Below, piece after piece: positions 34,457 through 45,800 of a DNA stretch of 64,000 bases. The translations under genes were made by a program, and so were the position numbers. Position 1 is the first letter of the stretch. The number at the start of each line of letters is the position of its first letter. A model generated the notes under the pieces. The model worked only from the letters and a program-made list of their open reading frames with translations. It had not been told where the DNA came from and made no database searches. The stretch is from Thecamonas trahens ATCC 50062 (Eukaryota; Protista; Apusomonadida): NCBI RefSeq assembly GCF_000142905.1, contig NW_013657624.1:38235-102234 (forward strand), in the 5' to 3' direction.

Positions 34457-34810
34457 CTAGGCAGTGCGGAGGATGATGTGGACGCCCGAGTCAGTGTCGA
34501 CGACATCAGAGAGGTCACCGACAGCCAGGGCAAAGGTAGCATCCTCAAAGGGCTTCTGCATCTGGCCACGGGTAAAGTGACCCAGATCACCACCATTACG
34601 AGCAGAGGAGCAGTCGGAGAGCTCAGTAGCAGCATCGGCAAAGGTCACTTCGCCCGACACAATCCGCTCACGGATGGCTTTGAGCTGAGCAATGGCATCG
34701 CTCTTGTCGGTGGCACGGATTCGCTCGCCGTCCGGGTCGCGCCACGACGCCAGACGCCGCGAGCCAGAGTGCTTGATGAGGAGGTGCGAGGCACGGACAG
34801 AGGAAGACAT
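34457..34810 (-). CDS. PIN1: Pin1-type parvulin PPIase lacking a WW domain
   Basis: VRASHLLIKHSGSRR..SDCSSARNGGDLG.F.RGQMQKPFEDATF.L.VG..S.VVDTDSGVHII. Confidence 0.92.
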   Translation of the reverse strand: MSSSVRASHLLIKHSGSRRLASWRDPDGERIRATDKSDAIAQLKAIRERIVSGEVTFADAATELSDCSSARNGGDLGHFTRGQMQKPFEDATFALAVGDLSDVVDTDSGVHIILRTA

Positions 34811-34924
34811 CTTGCTTGAATGAGGTAGTTGAAAGGTGTGGGGTGTGGGGTGTGGGGGTGAGGGGAAGGGGGGGGGGGGAGGGAGGCTTTTGCCTGCCCA
34901 CTTGCTTTTGGCGCTCTTTGTTCT

Positions 34925-35328
34925 GTCGGTCGGTCGGTCGCCGGTCGGTTGCTGGACGGTCGCAGGTCGCTGGTTGGTCGCTGGTTGGTCGCTGGTTGGT
35001 CGAGATCGGTTGCAGATCGGTTGCAGATCGGTCGCAGATCGGTCGCAGATCGGTCGCAGATCGGTCGCTGGTTGGTCGAGATCGGTTGCAGATCGGTCGC
35101 AGATCGGTCGCAGGTCGGTTGTAGATCGGTCGCAGATCGGTCGCAGATCGGTCGCAGATCAGTTACAGGTCGGTCGCAGATCGGTCGTAGGTCAGTCGCA
35201 GATCGGTCGCAGATCGGTCGCGGGGCAGATCGGTCGCAGATCGGTCGCAGGTCGGTCGCAGATCAGTTACAGGTCGGTCGCAGATCGGTCGTAGATCGGT
35301 CGTAGGTCGGTCGCAGGTCGGCCGGTCG
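34925..35328. repeat. 11-bp minisatellite (GATCGGTCGCA)n, ~35 degenerate copies
   Basis: Directly visible between the RING gene stop and the PIN1 promoter. Confidence 0.95.
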
Positions 35329-35329
35329 A

Positions 35330-36460
35330 TCACTTGGGAACGTCATACTTGCACATTGGACAGTTGGAGACGCGCCGGAGCCACTCGTCGATGCATTGCG
35401 TGTGGAAGACGTGGAGGCATGGGAGCGTTTTGGCTGCTTGCCCGGCCACGAGCTCGGAGAGACAGACGACGCAGGTCAAGGTGTCACCACTGCTGGTCGG
35501 CGGCGCACTCTGGCCGACGACAAAGGTCGGCAGCGCGTCGATGGCCGCATCTGATGCCCCTCGCGGAACCGCTGGGCCCATCCGCTCCTCAAGCTCCATC
35601 ATCTCCTCGTACGACAGCTCACCGGCGCCGCCAAAGCCCGGCGGAAGCACAACCGCAGGCGTGCCGTCGTCACGGAGCCCGCGGATGCGGTTGAACGTCT
35701 GTGGAGTGATGACAAGCCGATCACCGGCCCGCCCCAGAGAGTTGGGCATCCTACTCAGCGGATCGGCCCTTCGCCGCCATCCAGCCACATCCACATCACC
35801 AAAGTCGTCGTCCGGCATCTCCCCCCCCATCTGCCGCAGCTGCCATGCCAACATGGCCGCCGTCTCGCTCCTCCAATCATCGACGACGTCGGAATCTTCC
35901 GAGCTGCTGCCGCCGCCCAGCGCGTCGCGCGCCAGCGCCCGCTCTGCTGCCTCGCGTGCCTCCTGCGCTCGCCGCCTTGACCGCCGCACCTGCTCCCGCC
36001 GGAATGCCTCCTCCTCCTCCTCCTGCAGAGCCCTCGCCAGTGCCTCATCCGACATCACATCAGCGTGCCGAGTCTCCGCCAAAGGCACTTCCGCTTTGTC
36101 CACCGTCTCATACACCGCAGCCCGCGCCGCCTCGCTAGCCGCCAGTGACGCCGCCAGCGATCGCATCAGAGCCTCGTTGCCGTCAATAGTCATCCGACTG
36201 TCACCCATCGTCCGCCCAGAGCTCTGTCTCATGCCTCGCCAACTATTCATCCCCGTCCCCGTCGCCGCCGTCGTCGTCGTCGCCGCCGCCGTCGTCGTCG
36301 TCGTCGCCGCCGTCGTTGTTGTCGTCGTCGTCGTCGTCCGTCTCGAGGCGTCGCCGCCGCGGCCAGCAAGCCCATCACCTGCGCCTGCTCCTCGTCCCTG
36401 TTGCTGGGCCAGGTACCGCTCCCGGGCCGCACGACGGACTTGGGCAAGCTGCTCGTCCAT
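35330..36460 (-). CDS. RING-H2 E3 ubiquitin ligase with UIM-like motif
   Basis: SDEALARALQEEE; LSYEEMMELEERMG; CVVC..LPCLHVFH..CIDEWL....CPMC. Confidence 0.9.
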   Translation of the reverse strand: MDEQLAQVRRAARERYLAQQQGRGAGAGDGLAGRGGDASRRTTTTTTTTTAATTTTTAAATTTTAATGTGMNSWRGMRQSSGRTMGDSRMTIDGNEALMRSLAASLAASEAARAAVYETVDKAEVPLAETRHADVMSDEALARALQEEEEEAFRREQVRRSRRRAQEAREAAERALARDALGGGSSSEDSDVVDDWRSETAAMLAWQLRQMGGEMPDDDFGDVDVAGWRRRADPLSRMPNSLGRAGDRLVITPQTFNRIRGLRDDGTPAVVLPPGFGGAGELSYEEMMELEERMGPAVPRGASDAAIDALPTFVVGQSAPPTSSGDTLTCVVCLSELVAGQAAKTLPCLHVFHTQCIDEWLRRVSNCPMCKYDVPK

Positions 36461-36685
36461 GCTCCTGGGGGAGGGGGGGGGGGGGGTTGGTGACGGGGGG
36501 GGGGTTCGTGGAGGAGGGGAAGGGCAGGAGAGTCAGCCCAGTCAAGTCGGGCAGGTGTGTGACGTGAAGGGGGCAGAGTGAGTGACAGGCATGGTCGACT
36601 CATGGCGTGTTATGGCACTTGGTCACATAGGACGGAGGGGAGGGAGGGGGGGGGGGAAGGGGGTGGGGTCGAGGGAGTTGACGAG

Positions 36686-38069
36686 TTAGATCGACTCCTG
36701 GAGGAGCTTGTGCATGTCCTCCAGGCGAGTGGAGAGCGAGAGGTCGAGGTACTTGTCGCCGATCTCAACAATGTAGCCGCCGAGGATGTCCTTGTCGACC
36801 TGGGTGGTGAGCTCAAGCGACTCGCCCTTGGCGAGGTACTTGGTCTCGAGCTCCTTCTTGAGCGCCGCCACCTCGTTGGACGACATCTCCTGGGCAAGGG
36901 TGACGGTGGCAATGACCTCACCACGCTCGGCGATCATCATGGAGCGGTAGGCGGCGATGATGACATCAGCATCAGCCAGGCGGTTCGACTGAGCAAGGAC
37001 GCCAAAGAACGCCTTGGTCACCTTGGACGCGTTCGAGAGCGCCGCATCGAGAACCTTGAGCTTCTCGTCACCCGACACAAACGGGTTCTTGAGGAAGGCC
37101 GCAAACTTGGCCGACGACTCGATGGCGCCGCCGATCGAGGCCAGGTCACCCTCAACCTGCGCGGTAGCCTTGGACGCCGCAGCAGCCCGGTAGAGCGCCG
37201 TGGCGTAACGCCCAGACACACCAAAGAGCTTCAGCGGAGCACCGCCCGAGGACGAAGCCGCGGCAGTAGCCGCATATGTGCGCTGTGACCAGAGTAACCG
37301 ACCAACACACCGACGAGCAAGCCAACCGAGTCAACAAAGCAAGCCAGACCAGGTAGCCGAGACAACGATAAAAGACAAAGATGGAGACAGAGAAGTAGAC
37401 CGAGATGTGGAGTGAGCGAGAGAGGGGAAGCCAGGCCAGCGAGACCATCACATCAATCCGCGTCCATCCAGCAGCAGCAGCAGCATCAGCAGCAGCAGCA
37501 GTAGCAGTTGCAAACAGCAGCAATAACAGTTGTATGCAGCGTATACAATGGTAGTGAGTGAGTATGGTGGTGGGGGTGGTCGGCTCCGGCTCCCGGGCTC
37601 CCGCTCCCTGGCTGTGGGCTCCGAGCTCGGGTCGGTCATTGAAAAATTGACGCTGTGCTGGCAACGCGACACAGCGACGGGGGATGGGCATAGGGGAAGC
37701 ACAAGACAAGCACATTGTAGACAGGTTGGCTAGGATTGTACACCAGTCTTTGTTCTCTGTAGTAGACATACTTGGGGCATCTCATATAGACTATACGTGG
37801 CGACAGAGCCTTGCCCAACCTGGCCATTCCCTCCCCCCCCTCGCCTCCCCGTCGAACCACCGCCGCCAACCCGCAGCGCATCCAAAAACTGAGCACACAG
37901 CTGGCCCGTTTGAACCCTATGGTACACACGCACACACACCGCCACACACACACCACACCACATCCCGCCCTTCTTCTCTTGTGGCAAGGATACAACGTTC
38001 ACAAGGGACAACACGTACAGTAGCAGTCAGAGTGGCAGCAGCCAGACGGGTCCGAGCAAGGCTAAACAT
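36686..38069 (-). CDS. ATP5PO: Mitochondrial ATP synthase subunit OSCP; intron 37283-38018
   Basis: Presequence exon MFSLARTRLAAATLTAT|RTYAA; PLKLFGVSGRYATALYRAA; VDKDILGGYIVEIGDKYLDLS. Confidence 0.93.
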
Positions 38070-38395
38070 AGTGGACAAGGCGTCGAGTGGTGTCCGAGGC
38101 CAAGTTTCGCCCGCTCGCTCACGGTGCCGGTCGCTGGCTCGCCTCCCCCCGCCCCCCCCTCGATTCGAATGTGACTTTTAGGTTTCGTTCGCTCGCCAAG
38201 CGCCCGCGCTCGCCGCGCCATCATCCATGCACACCACATAGTACGACATACATGGATAGCGGTAGAGATAGCAACACGTAGCGTGAGTATGGGTGTGGGT
38301 GGATGGCCATATGTGGTTCTAGCGACTCACCCGTGCATGATGCGGATGGCGGGACGACTGGCTTGGTTACACTCGTCGCGGATTGTCGTCTGTCA

Positions 38396-39039
38396 ATGGC
38401 CTTTCGTTCGCTTGTGGGACGGGTCTTCCCCTCCATGCTTCCTGCCAGCGCGGCTTCTGCCCACGTTGCACGCGACAGACTTCAGATCATCCTTGCCAAG
38501 TCGCGCATGGACGCATCGTCGTCACTGACAGAAGCTGTTGACATGGCCAAGATGCAGGAGGATCTCCTTGCCGTCGTCCGCGTACGTGCCCGCTGTCGCC
38601 AGCCCGTGATCACGACCGTGATCACCGCCCTGATCGCCACCCTGCAGGAAAAGGCCACCACGCCCTGCACCCCCTCCCCCTCCCCTTCCCCACCGCCAAG
38701 CCCAGGCCCTCCCACCATGGCCATGATACTCACTCTCTATGCCTCCCCTTGCCATCTTCAGAAGCATCTCAAGACCTCTTATGACGTCGCCACCGACGAC
38801 ATTGTGTGCAACAGTACGTTTTGGCGCGCAACTTTGGCTCGGCCGCCGCGGCCTACGCGCCATGGCTATGACCGGTGCCAACTCTGGAGAGGACGAGACA
38901 GAGTAAGAGAGCGGAAGGGGAGGAGAGGCGAGACGGGCAGTACTTACGGAGAATGATGGGGAATGTGGCGTGGGCGGGGGTAGTCCGTCGGGATGGCAGC
39001 CTCGAGGTGTTCGAGCTGCAGATTAACATGAACGCGTAA
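38396..39039 (+). CDS. minE: Mitochondrion-targeted cell-division topological specificity factor MinE (exons 38396-38581, 38762-38813, 38984-39039)
   Basis: Spliced product MAFRSLVGRVFPSMLPASAASAHVARDRLQIILAKSR..DMAKMQEDLLAVVRKHLK..DDIVCNIRRDGSLEVFELQINMNA*. It matches the MinE pattern SA..AK.RLQII.A..R..L..DILEV..KY....I.LELN. Both introns are GTACGT..AG and in phase. Confidence 0.88.
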
Positions 39040-39282
39040 CCTCTTGCCGGCAATGGCGCGGAAGGGTGGGGGCGGGAAGGAGGGCCTGCCGCATACCGTC
39101 TTGGGGCTCGGGGCTGAGCTGGCGTTTCTTGCTGGGCATGCTGGCGATGGTGACACAACTCGTGGCCATGGCCGTCATCGTGATGCTCAAGGATACGGCC
39201 AAGATCGCTAACACACGTGCACGAGCCGTGCCTCATCGCAGCCATACACACACACATACATCCTTCACTATAATCTGCTCTG

Positions 39283-42200
39283 CTAGCCAGTGTAGGAGTC
39301 GCTGTTCGAGTCGATGATCCGACTCGAGGAGGTGCTGACGCTGTTGCTGCCCTCGCTCTGGCTTGAGCCCACAAGCTCGGCGATCTGGGCCTGGCAGCTA
39401 CGGTCATCGCTTGCCGTCGACTTGCTGCTCGATCCGGCCATCATCGCCTCTAGGCTCTCCAGCTCCACATCCTGCGAGCGGGACAGCGGGACCGGGCGCA
39501 TAACCATGCGACGCGACCGCCGAGTCTTGCTCTGGTCATGGACCGCGAGGGAAGCGCGCGGGAGCGAGACCTCAGACACAAGGTCGTCGACTTGGTCATC
39601 GTTGCGCCACATATCGCCCTCAAACGAGCGGCCCATCCGGGATCGTGACTTTGACGATGCCACCGACTCGTCGATGCTCGACTTGGCGCTCCGTGTGTAC
39701 ATAGCCTTGGATGTGCAGGGGGCACCAGCAAGCGTCCGCGCTGATCGCGAGGTACCCGAGCAGCCTGGTGACATTGACATCGACAACGACACTGAGCCCG
39801 TGTCCGAGACTTTGCCCATCATCTCCCGAATCTGTCCGTCGACAAAGTTGCGGTTCATGACAGCGGGCGAGATTGCGAGCGAGAGTGACGATCGCCGCCG
39901 CTTGCCGTTGCTTGTTCGCGACCTCGACCTCGACCGCTCCAATGGCTCGAGCTCCATTGACTGGAGGTGTGCCGGATTGAGCGAGATCGGCCCGCCAGAC
40001 ACAACTCGCCCGTTGCGCCCCAGCGCACGGAGGCTCTTGAGCGTCGACGTCCTCTTCGATCGCTTCGACTTGCTCGCATTCGATCCCGTGCCGTCATCAT
40101 CTTGCAATGACCCCATGTCGGACAACTCGCGCGACCGCTGGCCGTGGGACGACACCGAAATCATTCCCGAGTTCTGCGGTGAGAGCCAGCCCCGCGATCG
40201 CCGCCGATCAAGCTCGCCCGAGTAGACCAAAGTCGACTCGTCTACGCTGATCGCTCCCAAATCAAATGCCACCGAGTTGTTCCTAAGCGCAAACTCGTTG
40301 CCGGTCCGCTCCGACAGAAACGTCTCACCGCCGGCCATCGACGAGCTCCACCTCAAGTCCGACTGCATCTCGGTCTCTCGACGAGATCGCTTTGATCGGA
40401 GCGAGCTGGCCGAGCCCATGTCCGGAAAGCCTTGCCCGTCCAACGAGCGTGATAAAAGCATGCCCGACGAGAGCTCCCACGGCTGCGGGAGAGGATCAAA
40501 CGTCCGCAAGGCCACGACCGAGCCCTGGCTCGACACCGAGTAGACATCAAAGTATGCAGCGCCGTCCGGTGGGCCCTTGGCGCATCCGACGTGCTCGATA
40601 AAGATGTGCGAAGGCAAGGTGGCCGGAAGAGTCTGACGCGTCTCGGCGGTCATCAGCACCTGGCCGGCAGCCGACGCCGACGCTACCGCATCTGCATGCG
40701 ACATGGCCGCCCCGGTATATGCCGCCCGCTGCGTTCGCGTGTCGTGCATAACCACCGGATTGCCGGCGTGGAGCCCGATGCGGACCCGCAGGCCACGCCA
40801 TAGCCACAGCGGGTAGCCGCGGGGTCCAGACATGGTCGCCGCCTCGGTCCGGCAGGTTGGATGCTCGAGCACGGCGTCTGGCCACTCTGCGTACAGCAGC
40901 TGGGTCTGGATCGCCAACGCGGCCTCGACGGCTCGCAGGGCACCCTTGGCGGGGAAGACAGCCACAAATGCATCGCCCTCGGTTCGCGCCACGTACCCGC
41001 CAAAGTCCTTGATGATGTGCGCCACAAGCTCGTTGTGCACATCGATGGCCTTCTCCATCGCCTCGGGAAGCTCCTCCCACAGCCGAGTCGAGCCGACCAC
41101 ATCGGTGATGAGGATCACAGCAAAGCCATTGGGAGCAGCATCTGCCGCCATCGCTGTATCCTCAGCTGCCCAGACCTCCTCGTCGCCAACAGCGTTTCGA
41201 CGTCGCAATCGAAGCGCCACATACAAGCAAAGGATGATGCTGGCACCCAGGCCGACAACAGCTGATGTTGCCATCACAGACTCGACCGGACGTCGGCGCT
41301 CACTGGATGGCGCGCTGCTCTCAGCGCACGATCCTATCGCGCTCCCTCCGCAAACCCCACAAGCATCCAGCTGCGCCCTTGATCCGCGCACAAAGTCGCA
41401 TCCAACGCAGCTGAGACCATCGCCGCCACACACACCGCACGCATCGAGCGTCGCGTTTCCGCCCCAGCACACCCCGCATGCATCACGGCCTGCATCGTGC
41501 CCGCCGCACAGCCCGCATCTGTCCATTGCCTGCCCGCCGCCGTAGCACACACCGCATGCATCCCGCGCTCGGCCGCCACCAAAACACTCTCCGCATGCAT
41601 CACGATGGCTGCCAGGCGTTCGGCCGGTGGTCCCACCGACGCACACGCCGCATCCGTCGACGTATGCCTCGCCACCGCACACCCCCGCGCAGTCGTGCAC
41701 CGCACCAAGACCATTGCACGCGGCAGGACACGTGCCCACGCCAGATGGCCCGCCACACGTTCCGCATCCGTCAAACACCTGCCCGCCGTCCGGCATCGGT
41801 AGGCCGTTGCAGCCAAGGCACGAGCTGCCGTCCCCGCCGCACACGCCGCAGACATCGGGTACTGCGTCCGAGTTGGGCACACCATCACAGCCGACACATT
41901 GGCGGCCATCGCCAAAGCACACACCGCAGACATCGACTGAGCTGTTGTTGCCCCAGCACACGCCGCACGAGTCGAGATCGGCGTTGCCCCCAAAGCACAC
42001 GCCGCAGGCATCGACATCCGAGTCGGCCACGTGCTCGGTTCCAGGCCCAGAGCATACGCCGCACGAGTCGGGGAGGCCATCGCCACCGCACACATCGCTG
42101 GACACGCCTTGTCTCGCACGAGAAGGCGTGTGAATGGAGTCAGCGGTCGCGAGCGAGACCACAACGTCCAGGGCTGCGATCTCGATCTCTGCCGGCGCGC

Positions 42201-42720
42201 TGCTCTCGTCCGTCCCGATCCGCACCACGACATCCAACTCGTCGCCAGCGACCTTTTGTGCGTCTGAGAGCAGTCGCACGAGCTCGAGACTGCGGATCGT
42301 GGCGCGCCGGTGGCCGGGCGCCCACACAAGTGGTAGACGGGCAGCTCCGGTGACAATCATCCCCGGGGCCGTGAGCTTGCCAAGAGGACGAAAGACTCCC
42401 ACATCTACGACAATGGTCTGGGGCACGAGGGGATCATGCCAGATGGTAGAGCTCGCCACAGCGATTGAGTTCGAGCGCGAGACCATCAGAGTTGCGGCGT
42501 GGATGACGATGGCCTGGCTGTGCGAGGCTGGTGGCAGGGTCAAGCCGATGTGGGGGAGGCCATCGATGATTGTTCTGTCTGAATGGGTGGCGACCAATGT
42601 GACAAGATGGAGACTGCCACGATCGTTGCCCGGCTTGCCAGCCAGGGCTAGGGCGGCGATGACGAACCAAGAGAGACATATAAACACCAGAGGCATCCGC
42701 CAAGGATACAATGGTTTCAT
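39283..42720 (-). CDS. Receptor-type class III nucleotidyl cyclase-like protein 1 (signal peptide, DxCGVCxG Cys repeats, TM, cyclase domain, Ser/Arg-rich tail)
   Basis: ILITDVVGSTRLWEE, TEGDAFVAVF, GLRVRIGLHAG. Confidence 0.88.
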   Translation of the reverse strand: MKPLYPWRMPLVFICLSWFVIAALALAGKPGNDRGSLHLVTLVATHSDRTIIDGLPHIGLTLPPASHSQAIVIHAATLMVSRSNSIAVASSTIWHDPLVPQTIVVDVGVFRPLGKLTAPGMIVTGAARLPLVWAPGHRRATIRSLELVRLLSDAQKVAGDELDVVVRIGTDESSAPAEIEIAALDVVVSLATADSIHTPSRARQGVSSDVCGGDGLPDSCGVCSGPGTEHVADSDVDACGVCFGGNADLDSCGVCWGNNSSVDVCGVCFGDGRQCVGCDGVPNSDAVPDVCGVCGGDGSSCLGCNGLPMPDGGQVFDGCGTCGGPSGVGTCPAACNGLGAVHDCAGVCGGEAYVDGCGVCVGGTTGRTPGSHRDACGECFGGGRARDACGVCYGGGQAMDRCGLCGGHDAGRDACGVCWGGNATLDACGVCGGDGLSCVGCDFVRGSRAQLDACGVCGGSAIGSCAESSAPSSERRRPVESVMATSAVVGLGASIILCLYVALRLRRRNAVGDEEVWAAEDTAMAADAAPNGFAVILITDVVGSTRLWEELPEAMEKAIDVHNELVAHIIKDFGGYVARTEGDAFVAVFPAKGALRAVEAALAIQTQLLYAEWPDAVLEHPTCRTEAATMSGPRGYPLWLWRGLRVRIGLHAGNPVVMHDTRTQRAAYTGAAMSHADAVASASAAGQVLMTAETRQTLPATLPSHIFIEHVGCAKGPPDGAAYFDVYSVSSQGSVVALRTFDPLPQPWELSSGMLLSRSLDGQGFPDMGSASSLRSKRSRRETEMQSDLRWSSSMAGGETFLSERTGNEFALRNNSVAFDLGAISVDESTLVYSGELDRRRSRGWLSPQNSGMISVSSHGQRSRELSDMGSLQDDDGTGSNASKSKRSKRTSTLKSLRALGRNGRVVSGGPISLNPAHLQSMELEPLERSRSRSRTSNGKRRRSSLSLAISPAVMNRNFVDGQIREMMGKVSDTGSVSLSMSMSPGCSGTSRSARTLAGAPCTSKAMYTRSAKSSIDESVASSKSRSRMGRSFEGDMWRNDDQVDDLVSEVSLPRASLAVHDQSKTRRSRRMVMRPVPLSRSQDVELESLEAMMAGSSSKSTASDDRSCQAQIAELVGSSQSEGSNSVSTSSSRIIDSNSDSYTG

Positions 42721-42892
42721 ACGGAAGAGAGGGGAGTTACCATGCCTCCTTCTGACGCTTGGCGTGGCTCACCGTGTGGCAATGGGTGCGGAGAAAAACA
42801 ACCTGCGGGCTGGGTGCGGGTGCGGGAAAGGGGTGGGTGTCCCGGTGGAATGCAGGTACATGTCAAGGACAAGGCAATGGAACCGAACAGCT

Positions 42893-45800
42893 TTACGACG
42901 CTTTTGCTGTGCTGATGATATCGAGCGCAGCTGACAAGCGTGGCTTTGGGCTCTTCTTGCGTCTCATCGGTGCAGGCGAGGCTGGGGAGGCTGGGGAGGC
43001 TGGGGAGTGCGACCGCGTGTGCGATCGTGCTCGCGTGCGGGCGCGAGTCGAGTCAGCCACGCCCAGAGAGATATTGCGATACGCAGGGTGTTGCTTGCGC
43101 TTGCGCTTGCGCTTGCGCAGAATCGTGCTCGGGACCGCACATGGGGCAAAGGGGTTGGTCTCGTCCGTGGTCGGCGAGACAAGGGCTTCGATGGTGCCAC
43201 TTGCGGAGGCGGCGGCCTCCTCGGCGGCCAAAGCGCGAAAGTGTGCGGGCGACAAGCCAGAGGTGCCTGGCACACGATCGAGGTCGAGCGAGTCCAGCTC
43301 GGGCGAAGAAAACACCCGCTTCGGAGCTGGGTTGCTGTTCTTGTGGCTCATGTTGCGTTTGGGGCGTTGTGATCGTTTGGGAATGCCGCCGCCGCCGATG
43401 GTCTCGCGGAGATTGTGGTTGGACACATGACCGCGTGACACGATGCGAAGGCGGTGACGGTCAGCAATGGTCGCATTGCCCGAGTTTGACGTATCCCCAT
43501 CCGACGAAGCCTCGATGGCGCCCGATAAGAAAGCGAACGCCGGGTTGGCTGGCGGCTCGGCAAGCGGGGTGATGGCGTGGCTCTGCGAGCCCGAGCGATG
43601 CATGGCTCGCCGGTTGGCGTGTGCTGGCGACGATGATCGTATGGTGCGCCGAACTCGGGTCCGAGCACGCGAGCCCTGTAGCGAGCAACCCCGCTGGTGA
43701 GCGACAGACTCGGCTGTCGGGTCGGCCGATGCTCGGCCGGAGACGCGCGCGTCGACTGTCGTGGCGCGCGCTCGCGGTGCATCCGTTGGCAACATGGAGC
43801 AGTCGGAGGATGTTGAGTCGAGGCGTGACGGTGTAGTGCAGCCAGTATGTGAGGTCCAGAGCATGAGAGGTGCCTTGCGGCCAAGGCCCATCGGGACTGA
43901 GGCCAAGCCGGAGACCGGGCGAGGAGGCGATTGCGGCTCGACGTGGTTGACGGAGATCCCAGTCGCGTGAGTGGCAGACGAACAAAGCTGATGGTTGGAG
44001 CTTGTCGACAGTGGATCGCCGTTGCGGCTCCGCCGCGATCGCGTCGAAGTCTGCCGGAGCATGAGGACCTGCTGGCGGCTCTGGACGCTGAGCGAGTCGG
44101 ATCTGTTGCGCGAAACACCGGCAAAATGACGAAACATGAGGACCGAGCCCTGGACGGCGACATTGAACATGTCGAGCGTCCCGCCACCGGCATCGACGTA
44201 GCCGACGTACTCGAGGTTGATGTGGGCTGGGATGTGGTTCGGCATTCGCTCGACAGCCCGCATTGAGATGGTGACTTGGCCCGGCTCGGTGGCGGCGAGG
44301 ATGTTGTTTCCATGGGCAAGTGCGCTCCCGGTGTACGCCATGCGCTCTGTCCGCACATCAAACGAGGCAATCGGCTTGCCGACGTGGACACAGGTCCGAA
44401 CCCGCAGCCCGCGCCAGGTGTGCCGCAGAGGACCGGGCGCAATGCCTTCCTGCAACTTGCGCAGTTTGGATCGACAGAGTTGATGGCGAAGGATTTCTAG
44501 CGGCCACTCAACCTGGAGCAGCTCCTCTTGGACGGCAACGGCGGCCTCGATGGCGGTGAGGATGTTAGCGGAAGGAAAGATAATAATAAACGAGTCGCCC
44601 TCGTTCCGGGCCTCGTATCCGCCGTACTCGGCCAGCGTTGTGCGGATGCATGCATCGTGGAGGACTACAGCGCGCTTCATAGCATCGGGCTCATCTTCCC
44701 ACAGCACAGTCGACGAGGAAATGTCAGTGATGAGAATGGCGAGCTCGCCGGTGGGTGCAGCGGCTCGGGCGGTGGCCTCCTTGCGAGCCATGAAGCCGAC
44801 TTTGGAGCGCCGCATGCGACGCGGGATGACAATCGTGACCGCGGCGGTAGCGATGAACAAGACAAGGCAGGCCGACGAACCAACCATGACGATGGATGAA
44901 GTCGAGAGCGTGGTTAGGCGGGTAGGCGCGGTTTGGCATGCATTGCTTCCACCGCATACGCCACACGCGTCAAGCTCCTGTCCAGATCCGACAACAAAGT
45001 CACATCCAACGCACGAGCTTCCGTTGCCACCGCACACCCCGCACACATCGCGGCCGGCATCGCCGCCAAAGCACACCCCACATGCATCGCGAAAGGCATT
45101 GTTCCCGTCGCAGATGCCGCAGGCGTCACGGCGAACGTTGTTGCCGAAGCAATCGCCACAGGAGTCGCGTGCCGCGTCGCCACCAAAGCACACCCCGCAG
45201 CTGTCTTTGAACGCATTGGGCGTGTTCGATGTGGAGCCTGCGACGCACATGCCGCACTCATCGATATACGCGGTGCCGTTGCAGACGCCAAAGCAGTCAT
45301 TAACCGCGAAGGAGTCAGGCAAGCACGAGGTCGCGCACGCCGAGATGCCCGATGGCCCACCGCACACGCCGCATCCGTCACACCACACGCCGCCCAGCGG
45401 GATCGGGATAAAGTTGCAGCCGGAGCAGGCCGAGCCATCGCCGCCGCACACTCCGCAGATGTCCGGGACCGTGCCCGAGTACGGGATGCCATCACATCCG
45501 GCACACGTCGCGTTGTTCCCGTAGCACATGCCACAGCCGTCTTTGGCGGCATTGTTGCCAAAGCACACGCCACAGTCGTCAAGATCGGCGTTGCCACCAA
45601 AGCACACGCCACAACTATCAAGGTCCGAGTCGGCAATGTGGCCGGTCCCGTGGCCCGAGCAAATGCCGCACGAGTCGACAAAGGCTGGCAATGCGCAGGG
45701 CGGAGCAGGGGGGGGCGGGGGCGGTGACGGTGGAGGGGACGGTGGTGGCGACGGCGGCGGCGGTGACGGTGGTGGCGATGGTGGCGGCGGTGACGGTGGT

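Noticed and set aside
39066-39317. Short hydrophobic ORF downstream of minE
   Set aside because: No convincing start or homology; runs into a (CA)n tract and probably lies in 3'UTRs.
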